A stretch of 64,000 nucleotides of DNA from Betaproteobacteria bacterium (GCA_016177575.1 JACOVA010000103.1:6822-70821), one strand, 5' to 3'. Positions 10,607-19,586 are shown, counted from the first letter of the stretch. The notes: generated by a model not told the origin, from the letters alone. Translations and numbers: made by a program.

Positions 10607-11947
10607 GGCCGGCGGCGAGCCGGTGAGGGGGCTTTGCGGCCGCGGCGGATGCTTGGCGAGATAGCGCTTGATCCCGCCCAGGATGGCGCGCGCGAGCTGG
10701 TCCTGGTAGTCCTCGTCGTTGAGGCGCTTCTCCTCCTCCGGATTGGAGATGAACGCCGTTTCCACCAGGATCGACGGCACGTCGGGCGCCTTGAGCACCG
10801 CGAAGCCCGCCTGCTCGACGCGCGCCTTGTGCAGGGTGTTGACCTGGCCGAGCTCGCCGAGCACCGCGTTGCCGAGGCGCAGGCTCTGGTCGATGGTCGC
10901 GGTCTGCGAGAGGTCGAGCAGGGTCTGCGCCAGGTAGCGGTCCTTGACGTCGAGGCTCACGCCGCCGACCAGGTCGGCTTCGTTTTCCTTGCGTGCCAGC
11001 CAGCGCGCCGCCTCCGAGGTCGCGCGCCGCTCGGAGAGCGCGAACACGCTCGAGCCGCGCGCGTGCGGGCGGATGAAGGCGTCGGCATGCACCGAGACGA
11101 ACAGGTCGGCCTTGACGCGCCGCGCCTTGTCGACGCGCATCTGCAGCGGCAGGTAGTAGTCGCCGTCGCGCGTCAGCAGCGCGCGCATCTCGGGCTCGGC
11201 GTCGACGAGCGCCTTGAGGCGCTTGGCGATGGTGAGTGTGATGTCCTTTTCGCGCGAGCCGAGCCGGCCGAGCGCGCCCGGGTCCTCGCCGCCATGCCCG
11301 GCGTCGATCACGATGGTCGCCAGGCGCGCCACTTTCGGCTTCTCTGCGGGCGAAGCTTCCCCCGCCTTGGGCAGCTTGCCGTCGGCTTCGATCAGCGCCG
11401 CGAGCGGATCGGGCGGCACCACCGGGTAGAGGTCGAGCACCAGGCGGTGGCCGTAATCGGCGATCGGCTTGAGGGTGAAGACCTGCGGCTTGACCTCGGT
11501 CTTTAGGTCGAGCACCAGCCGCACCACGCCCGGCCGGTTGCGCGCCACGCGCAGCTTGTCGATGTAGGGATCGCCGGTGGCGACCTTGCCGTCCAGCTCC
11601 GCGAGCGCGGCGCCGAGCTCGACGCCCTCCAGGTCGAGCACCAGGCGCTCGGGGCTTTTCACCGCGAACACCGTGAACTTGAGCTCGGACCTCGATTCGA
11701 GGGTAACGCGCGTGTAGTCGCGCGCGGGCCAGATGCGAGTGGAAGTGATCTGCGCTTGCGCAGAGGCGACCTGCGCCTGCGCCCAGGCCGCGCTCAGCAG
11801 GAGCGCCAGCGCCGCAAGGCCGCAGCGAGCCAGGCTTCGCCCGGCGGCGAATGCGCCTCGAGCGCTGCCGCGCGCCCCGCGTCCTGGTAGCTGAGGCTCA
11901 GATCGAGGTCCGGTGGCGCAAGCAGGTCCCCGGCCCGCTCGGGCCAT
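10583..11947 (-). CDS. amiC: N-acetylmuramoyl-L-alanine amidase (AmiC-type, AMIN + Amidase_3), start uncertain
   Basis: AMIN-like ITSTRIWPARDYTRVTLES, catalytic domain TIVIDAGHGGEDPGA...ADLFVSVHADA...VLVETAFISN. The first in-frame ATG after the tsaE region is at 11947, which overlaps tsaE by ~154 nt. The signal-like core is GLAALALLLSAAWAQA. Confidence 0.85.
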   Translation of the reverse strand: MARAGRGPACATGPRSEPQLPGRGARGSARGAFAAGRSLARCGLAALALLLSAAWAQAQVASAQAQITSTRIWPARDYTRVTLESRSELKFTVFAVKSPERLVLDLEGVELGAALAELDGKVATGDPYIDKLRVARNRPGVVRLVLDLKTEVKPQVFTLKPIADYGHRLVLDLYPVVPPDPLAALIEADGKLPKAGEASPAEKPKVARLATIVIDAGHGGEDPGALGRLGSREKDITLTIAKRLKALVDAEPEMRALLTRDGDYYLPLQMRVDKARRVKADLFVSVHADAFIRPHARGSSVFALSERRATSEAARWLARKENEADLVGGVSLDVKDRYLAQTLLDLSQTATIDQSLRLGNAVLGELGQVNTLHKARVEQAGFAVLKAPDVPSILVETAFISNPEEEKRLNDEDYQDQLARAILGGIKRYLAKHPPRPQSPLTGSPPASAVALTD

Positions 11948-12267
11948 TCCACGACGCAGAGCGATTCCGCGTTGAAGTATTCGCGGAACCCGGAGCTCAG
12001 CCATTCCGCTTGATCGTTGAACCGATAAAAATCAAAGTGATATAAGTTTAATCTCGAAAGGCTATAAGGTTCAACCAGCGTGTAGCTGGGGCTCTTGACG
12101 CGCCCTGCATGGCCCAGCGCATGCAGCAACCCCCTGACGACAGTGGTTTTTCCCGAGCCGAGCTCGCCGTGCAGGTGCAGCACCAGGCCATTGCCGGCCC
12201 CGGCCGCCAGCGCCTCGCCCAACCGCAGGGTGTCGGCCTCGGCGGGCAATCTAATATGTTGCGGCAT
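11794..12267 (-). CDS. tsaE: tRNA t6A37 threonylcarbamoyladenosine biosynthesis ATPase TsaE
   Basis: MPQHIRLPAEADTLRLGEAL...LHGELGSGKTTVVRGLLHALG...VKSPSYTLVEPY...LYHFDFYR. It aligns from the first residues with E. coli TsaE (from memory), which favours the ATG at 12267 over the upstream ATG at 12291. Confidence 0.88.
   Translation of the reverse strand: MPQHIRLPAEADTLRLGEALAAGAGNGLVLHLHGELGSGKTTVVRGLLHALGHAGRVKSPSYTLVEPYSLSRLNLYHFDFYRFNDQAEWLSSGFREYFNAESLCVVEWPERAGDLLAPPDLDLSLSYQDAGRAAALEAHSPPGEAWLAAALRRWRSC
12045..12074 (-). promoter_or_regulatory. candidate internal promoter for amiC inside the tsaE coding sequence
   Basis: Minus strand: TTGAAC - 18 nt - TAAACT within a 33%-GC patch of tsaE, about 90-100 nt upstream of the amiC ATG at 11947. 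Confidence 0.3.
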
Positions 12268-13309
12268 GGATGGGCTTGCGGCTCGTATCAAGGCCTGGGG
12301 CGCCGAGCTCGGCTTCCAGGCGGTGGGGATCGCCGACGCCGACCTGGCGGCCGCGGAGCCGCGCCTCGCCGCCTGGATCGCGATGGGATGGCACGGCGAG
12401 ATGGATTATATGGCGCGCCACGGCACGCTCCGCGCGCGCCCGGCCGAGCTGCTGCCGGGGACGCTGCGCGTGATCTCCTGCCGCATGGACTATCTGCCGC
12501 AGCGCCCCGGGCCGGTCGCTCAGGAGCTCGAGGATCGCTCGCGCGCCTACGTGGCGCGCTACGCGCGCGGGCGCGACTACCACAAGCTGATGCGCAGCCG
12601 GCTGCAGCGCCTGTGCGACCGCATCGAGGCCGAGACCGGGCCGTTCCGCTACCGCGCCTTCGCCGACTCGGCGCCGGTGATGGAGGTCGAGCTCGCCGCG
12701 CGCGCCGGCATCGGCTGGCGCGGCAAGCACACGCTGCTATTGGACCGGGAGGGGTCGTGGTTTTTTCTGGGTGAGATTTTGTGCGATCTTGCGCTGGAAA
12801 CAGATTCAGGAGCAACAGATCGATGCGGTACCTGTGAGCGGTGCATCGACGTCTGTCCGACGCGCGCCATCGTCGGGCCGTACCGGCTCGATGCGCGGCG
12901 CTGCATCTCCTATCTCACCATCGAGCACAAGAGCGCGATCCCGCTGGAGCTGCGCGCGCTGATCGGCAACCGCGTCTACGGCTGCGACGATTGCCAGCTG
13001 GTATGCCCCTGGAACGGGTTCGCCCGCCTTTCGCCCGAAGACGATTTCAAGGCGAGAAGCGGCCTCGACCGGGCAAGCCTCGTCGAGCTCTTCGGCTGGA
13101 GCGAGAGCGAGTTCGACGCGCGCATGCGCGGCTCGCCGATCCGGCGCATCGGCTATGAACGATGGCTGCGCAACCTCGCCGTAGGCTTGGGCAATGCGCC
13201 TTCCTCGCCCGAGGTTGTTTCCGTCCTGAGAGCAAGAGCAAATGACCCCTCGCCGCTCGTGCGTGAGCATGTCCGGTGGGCGTTGGATCGTCATGGCGTG
13301 GCAGCCTGA
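12266..13309 (+). CDS. queG: epoxyqueuosine reductase
   Basis: Internal start MDGLAARIKAWGAELGFQAVGIADADL. WHGEMDYMARHG and two 4Fe-4S motifs (CGTCERCIDVCPT, CDDCQLVCPWN). Confidence 0.9.
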   Translation: MDGLAARIKAWGAELGFQAVGIADADLAAAEPRLAAWIAMGWHGEMDYMARHGTLRARPAELLPGTLRVISCRMDYLPQRPGPVAQELEDRSRAYVARYARGRDYHKLMRSRLQRLCDRIEAETGPFRYRAFADSAPVMEVELAARAGIGWRGKHTLLLDREGSWFFLGEILCDLALETDSGATDRCGTCERCIDVCPTRAIVGPYRLDARRCISYLTIEHKSAIPLELRALIGNRVYGCDDCQLVCPWNGFARLSPEDDFKARSGLDRASLVELFGWSESEFDARMRGSPIRRIGYERWLRNLAVGLGNAPSSPEVVSVLRARANDPSPLVREHVRWALDRHGVAA

Positions 13310-14174
13310 CCGCCTGCTGCCGGGCTTCGAGTCGCTCGAGCTCGCGTTTGCCGACGACTACGACGGGCGCGTGGTGGCGACGCTGGTGCGGCTGCCGGCG
13401 CCGCAGGCGCCGCGCGGCGCGGTGCTCTACGTGCACGGCTTCATCGACTACTTCTTCCAGCGCCACATGGCCGAGCGCTTCGCCGCCGAGGGCTACGCGT
13501 TCCATGCGCTCGACCTGCGCAAGCACGGCCGCTCGCTGCTTGCGCACCAGCACCCGTGCTTCTGCAGCGACATTGCGGAGTATTTCGCTGACCTCACGGC
13601 CGCCCTCGCCGAGATCGGCGAGCCCGTCCTGCTCGCCGGCCATTCGACCGGCGGCCTCGTGGTTTCCCTGTACAGGAAATTCGGCGACCGGCGCGACCAG
13701 GTGCGCTCGCTGTGGCTGAACAGCCCGTTTTTCGATTGGCGCGAAGGCCGCCGCGCACAGCTCGGAATCGCTTGCCTGCTCGGGAAGTTCTTTCCGTTCA
13801 TGAACAACCCCAGGGCCGTATTGCCGGCATACGTGAGGAGCCTGCACCGGCAGTGGGGCGGCGAGTGGGAGTTCGACCTGAAGCTCAAGCCCCTCATGGG
13901 ATTCCCGGCCTACTTCGGCTGGGTGCGCGCGATCTTCGCGGCGCACGCGCAGGCGCATGCCGGCCTCGGGCTCGACTGCCCGGTGCTGGCGACGCATTCC
14001 GACGAGGCCGACATCATCCTCGACTGGCGCAGCATCGCGCGCTGGTCGCGCACGCTCGGCGGCAACGTGAGCGTGCTCGCTTTTCCCGGCGCGCTGCACG
14101 ACCTGGTGCTCTCGCGCGCCGAGATCCGCGACAGCGTGTTCAGCCAGCTTTTCGCCTGGGCGGCACGAGCCTGA
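13293..14174 (+). CDS. alpha/beta hydrolase (lysophospholipase/monoacylglycerol-lipase-like)
   Basis: VLYVHGFIDYFF (oxyanion region), nucleophile elbow LAGHSTGG, C-terminal GALHDL. Start placed at MAWQPDRLLPGF. The track ORF begins at 13242. Confidence 0.8.
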   Translation: MAWQPDRLLPGFESLELAFADDYDGRVVATLVRLPAPQAPRGAVLYVHGFIDYFFQRHMAERFAAEGYAFHALDLRKHGRSLLAHQHPCFCSDIAEYFADLTAALAEIGEPVLLAGHSTGGLVVSLYRKFGDRRDQVRSLWLNSPFFDWREGRRAQLGIACLLGKFFPFMNNPRAVLPAYVRSLHRQWGGEWEFDLKLKPLMGFPAYFGWVRAIFAAHAQAHAGLGLDCPVLATHSDEADIILDWRSIARWSRTLGGNVSVLAFPGALHDLVLSRAEIRDSVFSQLFAWAARA

Positions 14175-14514
14175 GGGTGGCGAGCGTCGCCGCGGCCCAG
14201 GCGCTGTAGAGCGCGGCGAAGACCCACTCGGGCGCGTGGTAGTAGAGCAGCCGATACACCCAGCGGCCGACGAAGGACTCGGGGCGCGCGCCGCCGCGCA
14301 GCAGGTCCTCCCAGACCGTCAGCGGGCAGGCGTAGCCGAGCAGCGCTTCCGCGGCCACGTACACGATCGCGCCGAGATGCAGGAAGCGGAACCAGGGATT
14401 GCGCACCCAGCCCCAGTCCGCCGCCGCGCCGATCCAGACCAGCAGCAATCCGCCGACGATGAAGACGACGACCAGGAAATGGACGACGAGGAGCGCATCG
14501 GCGGCGAGTCGCAC
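14140..14514 (-). CDS. DUF2784-family small membrane protein
   Basis: 124 aa. MRLAADALLVVHFLVVVFIVGG...WFRFLHLGAIVYVAAEALLGYACPLTVWE matches my memory of DUF2784. Confidence 0.7.
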   Translation of the reverse strand: MRLAADALLVVHFLVVVFIVGGLLLVWIGAAADWGWVRNPWFRFLHLGAIVYVAAEALLGYACPLTVWEDLLRGGARPESFVGRWVYRLLYYHAPEWVFAALYSAWAAATLATLRLVPPRRKAG

Positions 14515-14529
14515 GCCGCTATTGTGCGC

Positions 14530-15375
14530 CTAGCCCTTTTGCCTGGGCCTCGCCGGGTCGGCGATCCATTCGCTCCAGGAGCCGACGTAGACGCGCGCGC
14601 CCGCCAAGCCCGCGATCTCCATCGCCAGCGCGTTGTGGCAGGCGGCGACGCCGGATCCGCAGTAGTGCACGACTTTCTCGGGATTGCCCTTGCCAAGAAT
14701 TGATTCGAATTCGGTGCGCAAGGAGGCCGGATCCTTGAAAGTCCCGTCGGGCCTCAGGTTGTCATTGTTGAACCGGTTCAAGGCGCCCGGAATGCGGCCC
14801 GCGACGGGGTCGATCGGTTCTTGCTCGCCGCGAAAGCGCGCCGGCGCACGCGCATCCAGGAGCAGAAGGCCTGCGGGTTGCGCTTGAACGGTTTCGACCT
14901 TGATGGAAATCCCTTGAATGTTTCCGGCGTACGGGGTCGCCGGATATTCCGGCACCGCTGCGGTGACGGGCCTTCCCTCGGCCAGCCACCTCGCCAGTCC
15001 CCCATCCAGCACGGCGACGGATTGGTGGCCGATCCAGCGCAGCATCCACCACAGGCGCGCCGCGAAGGCGCCGGGACCGGCGTCGTAGCAGACGATCGGA
15101 TCGGCAGGATGGATGCCGCTTGCTTGCAGAAACTTTCTGAAATCCCCGGCCGGCGGGAGCGGGTGCCTGCCGTTGCGCCCCGTCTTCGGCGCCGAGAGGT
15201 CGCGATCGAGATGCGCGAAGAGCGCGCCGGGAATGTGCGCCTTGCGGTACTCCGCGAGGCCCCAGGCGGGCCGCGCGAGGTCGTGGCGGCAATCGAACAC
15301 GCGCCATTCGGCATGGCGCGCGAGCTGCTCGCCCGTGACGAGCGTCCTTACAGCTTCAGTTCGCGCCGCACCCAT
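14530..15375 (-). CDS. sseA: 3-mercaptopyruvate/thiosulfate sulfurtransferase (tandem rhodanese)
   Basis: C-terminal 281 aa of the 579-aa track ORF. Two rhodanese domains and the active-site loop VVHYCGSGVAACHNALA. The ATG at 15375 overlaps the upstream gene by 28 nt. Confidence 0.85.
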   Translation of the reverse strand: MGAARTEAVRTLVTGEQLARHAEWRVFDCRHDLARPAWGLAEYRKAHIPGALFAHLDRDLSAPKTGRNGRHPLPPAGDFRKFLQASGIHPADPIVCYDAGPGAFAARLWWMLRWIGHQSVAVLDGGLARWLAEGRPVTAAVPEYPATPYAGNIQGISIKVETVQAQPAGLLLLDARAPARFRGEQEPIDPVAGRIPGALNRFNNDNLRPDGTFKDPASLRTEFESILGKGNPEKVVHYCGSGVAACHNALAMEIAGLAGARVYVGSWSEWIADPARPRQKG

Positions 15376-16445
15376 TCGTGGAAATGGACCATGGCGTCTT
15401 CCATCGGCGACTGGTAGGGGCCGGCGTCGTCCAGCCCCTGCTGCCAGAGCGCCCTGCGGCCGCGGTCGATGCGCCGGCAGATCTCGTCGTCCTCGAGCGC
15501 GGTCTCGGCGTAGGCCGCTTGCTGCGCGGCGACGAACTCCCTCTCGAAGAGCGCGATCTCCTCCGGGTAGTAGAACTCGACCACGTTGGTGGTCAGCCCC
15601 GGCGAGCGCGGAATCAGGTTGGAGACGACGAGCACGTTCGGATACCACTCCAGGGTCAGGCCGGGATAGTAGGTGGCCCAGAGCGCGCCGTATTTCGGCT
15701 CCCTGCCGTCGAGCTGCCTGAGGCAGGCTTCCTGCCACTTGCGGTACACCGGCGTGCCGGGGGCGGCGAGGCCGTTCTTCGCCGGCACGACCTGCACCGA
15801 AGTGCGCTCGCCGTACTCGACGTGGAAGCGGTTGCAGTCGGCGAAGTTGCCCAGGCCCGGGTGGTAGAAATCGACGTGGTAGACCTCGAGGTAGACCTCG
15901 ATGAAGGTCTTCCAGTTGCAGGCGTAGTCGGTGATCTCGACGCGGTCGAGCACATAGCCCGAGAAGTCGAAGTCCGGTCCGCGCACGAGGCCGGCGAGAT
16001 CCTCGCGCGCGGCGCGCGGCCCGGCGAACAGCAGCCCGTTCCAGCTCGCGAGCGGCGTCGAAGCCAGCTTCACGCACGGGTTCTCGGCAAACTGCGGCGC
16101 GCCCAGCAGCTCGCCGCGCAGGTCGTAGGTCCAGCGGTGCAGCGGGCAGACGATGTTGTCTAGCCGGCCGCGACCCTCGAGCATGATCGACTGGCGGTGG
16201 CGGCAGACGTTGGACAGCAGCTGCACGCCGCCGGAATTCCTCACCAGCACCTTGGCGTGGTCCAACCATGCCAGCGTCTGATAGTCGCCGGTCGCGGGCA
16301 CCATCAGCTCGTGCCCGATGTAGTTCGAACCGGCGTCGAACAGGAGCGCTTTCTCGCGCGCGAAGATCGCCGCATCGGCATACCAGCCGACCGGGAGCTG
16401 GCAGCGGGCCGGCCGCAGACGGGGCAGTGAAGCGATGTGGGACAT
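15348..16445 (-). CDS. Rieske [2Fe-2S] aromatic-ring-hydroxylating oxygenase alpha-subunit-like protein
   Basis: Starts at MSHIASLPRLRP. Rieske motif CRHRQSIM...CPLHRWTY, then a mononuclear-iron region EVYLEVYHVDFYHPG. Confidence 0.82.
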   Translation of the reverse strand: MSHIASLPRLRPARCQLPVGWYADAAIFAREKALLFDAGSNYIGHELMVPATGDYQTLAWLDHAKVLVRNSGGVQLLSNVCRHRQSIMLEGRGRLDNIVCPLHRWTYDLRGELLGAPQFAENPCVKLASTPLASWNGLLFAGPRAAREDLAGLVRGPDFDFSGYVLDRVEITDYACNWKTFIEVYLEVYHVDFYHPGLGNFADCNRFHVEYGERTSVQVVPAKNGLAAPGTPVYRKWQEACLRQLDGREPKYGALWATYYPGLTLEWYPNVLVVSNLIPRSPGLTTNVVEFYYPEEIALFEREFVAAQQAAYAETALEDDEICRRIDRGRRALWQQGLDDAGPYQSPMEDAMVHFHEWVRRELKL

Positions 16446-16499
16446 TGAGGCCGTGCTGCGTAAGTGCTTAAAAGCGCGGCATTTTACATGAACGCGGGT

Positions 16500-16528
16500 T
16501 TGACCCGCCAGCCTCTGTCGGCTAATGT
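16500..16528 (+). promoter_or_regulatory. candidate sigma70 promoter for xseB-ispA-dxs
   Basis: TTGACC - 17 nt - TAATGT, read by eye in the 97-nt Rieske/xseB intergenic region. The -10 ends 13 nt before the xseB ATG. Confidence 0.35.
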
Positions 16529-16541
16529 GGCAGCCCCCCGG

Positions 16542-16793
16542 ATGAGCAAGACCGCCAAACCCGCCGCAGAGCCCTCGTTCGAGAAGGCGCTCGCCGAGCT
16601 CGAGAAAATCGTCGCGCAGATGGAGAGCGGCGGATTGTCGCTCGAGCAGTCGCTGGCGGCGCACAAGCGCGGGCTCGAGCTCGCCCGGCAGTGCCGCGAG
16701 CGCCTCGAGGCGGCGCAGCAGCAGGTGCGGGTGCTCGAAGGCGAGGTGCTCAAGCCGCTTGCGGCAGCATCCGATGCAGGCGAGCGCGACTGA
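16542..16793 (+). CDS. xseB: exodeoxyribonuclease VII small subunit
   Basis: MSKTAKPAAEPSFEKALAELEKIVAQMESGGLSLEQSLAAHKRGLELARQC is a classic XseB. Gene order xseB-ispA-dxs. Confidence 0.9.
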   Translation: MSKTAKPAAEPSFEKALAELEKIVAQMESGGLSLEQSLAAHKRGLELARQCRERLEAAQQQVRVLEGEVLKPLAAASDAGERD

Positions 16794-17670
16794 GGCCGAT
16801 TTCGCCGCCTGGATGGGGGCCACCCAGGGGCGCGTCGAGGCGGCGCTGGCGCGCTGCCTGCCCGGCGCGCAGCACTCGCCGGCGCGGCTGCACGCGGCGA
16901 TGCGCTACGCCGTGCTCGAGGGCGGCAAGCGGGTGCGGCCGCTGCTCACCTTCGCCGCCGGAGAGCTGGTCGGCGCCGAGGCGCGGCGGCTGGAGAGCGC
17001 CGCCGCGGCGGTCGAGCTGATCCACGCCTACTCGTTGGTGCACGACGACATGCCATGCATGGACGACGACGTGCTGCGCCGTGGCAAGCCGACCGTGCAC
17101 GTCGAGTACGACCAGGCGACCGCGCTGCTGGTCGGCGACGCGCTGCAGACGCTCGCCTTCCAGCTGCTCGCCGAGCAGCCGCTCGCCGACGATCCGCGGC
17201 TGCAGCTGGAGATGGTGCGCACGCTCGCGCTCGCCGCCGGCTCGCGCGGCATGGCGGGCGGGCAGGCGATCGATCTCGAGTCGACCGGCAAGACGCTGTC
17301 GCAGACCGAGCTCGAATTCATGCACCTGCGCAAGACCGGCGCGCTGATCAGCGCGGCGGTGAAGCTGGGCGCGCTGTGCGCCGGCGCGTGCCCGGCGGCG
17401 CTGGAGCAGTACGCGCACCGCGTCGGCCTCGCGTTCCAGGTGGTCGACGACGTGCTCGACGCGGAGGCGAGCACCGCCACGCTCGGCAAGACCGCCGGCA
17501 AGGATTCGAGGCAGGGCAAGCCCACCTACGTCTCGGCGATGGGCATCGCGCATGCGAGGCACCTCGCCGACGAGCTGCGGCGCGGCGCGCACGCCGCGCT
17601 GGCGGCGCTCGACGAGCGCGCGCTGCGCCTGCGCCAGCTCGCCGACTTCATCGTTCTGAGAAAATTCTAG
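16774..17670 (+). CDS. ispA: (2E,6E)-farnesyl diphosphate synthase
   Basis: FARM motif [20 protein letters not shown] and SARM motif FQVVDDVLD. The start overlaps the xseB 3' end (alternative ATG at 16759). Confidence 0.92.
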   Translation: MQASATEADFAAWMGATQGRVEAALARCLPGAQHSPARLHAAMRYAVLEGGKRVRPLLTFAAGELVGAEARRLESAAAAVELIHAYSLVHDDMPCMDDDVLRRGKPTVHVEYDQATALLVGDALQTLAFQLLAEQPLADDPRLQLEMVRTLALAAGSRGMAGGQAIDLESTGKTLSQTELEFMHLRKTGALISAAVKLGALCAGACPAALEQYAHRVGLAFQVVDDVLDAEASTATLGKTAGKDSRQGKPTYVSAMGIAHARHLADELRRGAHAALAALDERALRLRQLADFIVLRKF

Positions 17671-17719
17671 GATGAGCACGCTCACCGGCGAGCTCGCTTC
17701 CGAGGGCTACAATCCGTCG

Positions 17720-19561
17720 ATGTACGAGCTGCTGAAGACGATCGACGATCCGGCGGCGCTGCGCAAGCTCGATCGCCGGCAGCTGCATCAGCTCGCCGAC
17801 GAGCTGCGCGCCTTCGTGCTCGATTCGGTGTCGAAAACCGGCGGCCACCTGTCCTCCAACCTGGGCACGGTGGAGCTGGCCATTGCGCTTCACTACGTGT
17901 TCGAGACGCCGGAGGACCGCATCGTCTGGGACGTCGGCCACCAGACCTACCCGCACAAGATCCTCACCGGACGGCGCGAGCAGATGGGGCGGCTGCGCAT
18001 GATCGACGGCATCTCCGGCTTCCCGCGGCGCAGCGAATCGAAATACGACACCTTCGGCACCGCGCATTCGTCGACTTCGATCTCGGCGGCCCTTGGCATG
18101 GCGGTTTCCGCCAAGCTGAAGAATGAGAAGCGGCACTGCGTCGCCGTCATCGGCGACGGCGCGATGTCCGCCGGCATGGCGTTCGAGGCGCTCAACAATG
18201 CCGGCGCCATGGATGTCGACCTGCTGGTGATCCTGAACGACAACGAGATGTCGATCTCGCCGCCGGTGGGCGCGCTGACCAATTACCTGGCGCGGCTGCT
18301 CTCGGGACGCATGTACACGACCGCGAAGCGCGCGAGCGAGCACATCCTCAAGCGCGTCCCCGCGATGCTCGAGCTTGCGCGCCGCGCCGAGGAGCACGTC
18401 AAGGGCATGGTGACGCCGGGCACCCTGTTCGAGGAATTCGGCTTCAACTACATCGGGCCGATCGACGGCCACGACCTCGACACGCTGATCGCGACGCTCG
18501 CCAACATCAGGAAGCTGCGCGGGCCGCAGTTCCTGCACGTGGTGACGAGAAAGGGCCAGGGCTACAAGCTCGCCGAGGAGGACCCGATCGCCTACCACGG
18601 ACCCGGCAGGTTCGATCCCGCCGAGGGCATCAAGAAAGCGGGCGGGGGCGGCAAGCCGACCTACAGCCAGGTTTTCGGCGACTGGCTGTGCGACATGGCG
18701 CGCGCCGACGAGCGCCTGGTCGCGATCACGCCGGCGATGCGCGAGGGCTCGGGGATGGTGCGCTTCTCGGAGGAGTTCCCCGAGCGCTACTTCGACGTCG
18801 CGATCGCCGAGCAGCACGCCGTCACCTTCGCCGCGGGGCTCGCCTGCGAGGGCCTGAAGCCGGTGGTGGCGATCTACTCCACCTTCCTGCAGCGCGGCTA
18901 CGATCAGGTGATCCACGACGTGGCGGTGCAGAACCTGCCGGTGCTGTTCGCCCTGGACCGGGGGGGCCTGGTGGGCGGCGACGGCCAGACGCACAACGGG
19001 GCGTTCGACTACGCCTACCTGCGCACCGTGCCGAACTTCGTCGTCATGGCACCGGCCGACGAGAACGAGTGCCGGCAGATGCTCTACACGGGCTTTCAGC
19101 TGAACCGCCCGGCCGCGGTGAGGTATCCGCGGGGGACTGGAGTAGGAAAGGAAATCGAAAAGGAAATGAGGTCGATACCGGTCGGCAAAGGCGAGATCAG
19201 GAGAGAAGGCAGGAAGATCGCGATGCTCGCTTTCGGCTCGATGCTCAAGCCCGCGCTCGAGGCCGGCGCAGCGCTCGGCGCCACGGTCGCCAACATGCGC
19301 TTCGTCAAGCCGCTCGACGGCGAGCTCGTGCAGCGGCTCGCCGCGACCCACGAGCTGATCGTCACGGTGGAAGAGCACCAGATCATGGGCGGGGCGGGCA
19401 GCGCGGTGCTCGAGGCTCTTTCGAGCGCGAGCGTGCGCGTGCTGCTGCTAGGCCTGCCGGACCGCTTCGTCGAGCACGGCGACCCGGCGAGGCTGCTCGC
19501 CTCCGTGGGCCTGGACGCCGCCGGTATTCAGCAGGCGGTGCGAAACGTAATACCCGAGTAA
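17720..19561 (+). CDS. dxs: 1-deoxy-D-xylulose-5-phosphate synthase
   Basis: [17 protein letters not shown]...[21 protein letters not shown]...[16 protein letters not shown], then TPP motif [15 protein letters not shown]. An upstream in-frame ATG at 17672 is possible. Homologues I recall begin at the M-x-x-LL-x-I-D-P position. Confidence 0.93.
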   Translation: MYELLKTIDDPAALRKLDRRQLHQLADELRAFVLDSVSKTGGHLSSNLGTVELAIALHYVFETPEDRIVWDVGHQTYPHKILTGRREQMGRLRMIDGISGFPRRSESKYDTFGTAHSSTSISAALGMAVSAKLKNEKRHCVAVIGDGAMSAGMAFEALNNAGAMDVDLLVILNDNEMSISPPVGALTNYLARLLSGRMYTTAKRASEHILKRVPAMLELARRAEEHVKGMVTPGTLFEEFGFNYIGPIDGHDLDTLIATLANIRKLRGPQFLHVVTRKGQGYKLAEEDPIAYHGPGRFDPAEGIKKAGGGGKPTYSQVFGDWLCDMARADERLVAITPAMREGSGMVRFSEEFPERYFDVAIAEQHAVTFAAGLACEGLKPVVAIYSTFLQRGYDQVIHDVAVQNLPVLFALDRGGLVGGDGQTHNGAFDYAYLRTVPNFVVMAPADENECRQMLYTGFQLNRPAAVRYPRGTGVGKEIEKEMRSIPVGKGEIRREGRKIAMLAFGSMLKPALEAGAALGATVANMRFVKPLDGELVQRLAATHELIVTVEEHQIMGGAGSAVLEALSSASVRVLLLGLPDRFVEHGDPARLLASVGLDAAGIQQAVRNVIPE

Positions 19562-19586
19562 ATCACTCGGGAGTTATAATGGCGGC

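Noticed and set aside
15376-16269. N-terminal extension of the 579-aa ORF containing the rhodanese gene
   Set aside because: It overlaps the Rieske oxygenase gene out of frame and has no motifs. The rhodanese domains start at MGAARTEAVRTLVTGEQL.
17648-19378. 576-aa minus-strand ORF opposite dxs. The same applies to 29299..31143 opposite the cyclase gene, 38940..40928 opposite ileS and 8231..9946 opposite mutL
   Set aside because: High-GC antisense shadow ORFs without motifs. The opposite strand is unambiguous in each case.
19562-19586. Possible Zur box upstream of folE2 (folE2 is often zinc-regulated)
   Set aside because: Only a partial gagTTATAATgg match in a 25-nt spacer. There is no palindromic Zur-type operator that I can see, so folE2 more likely rides on the dxs transcript.
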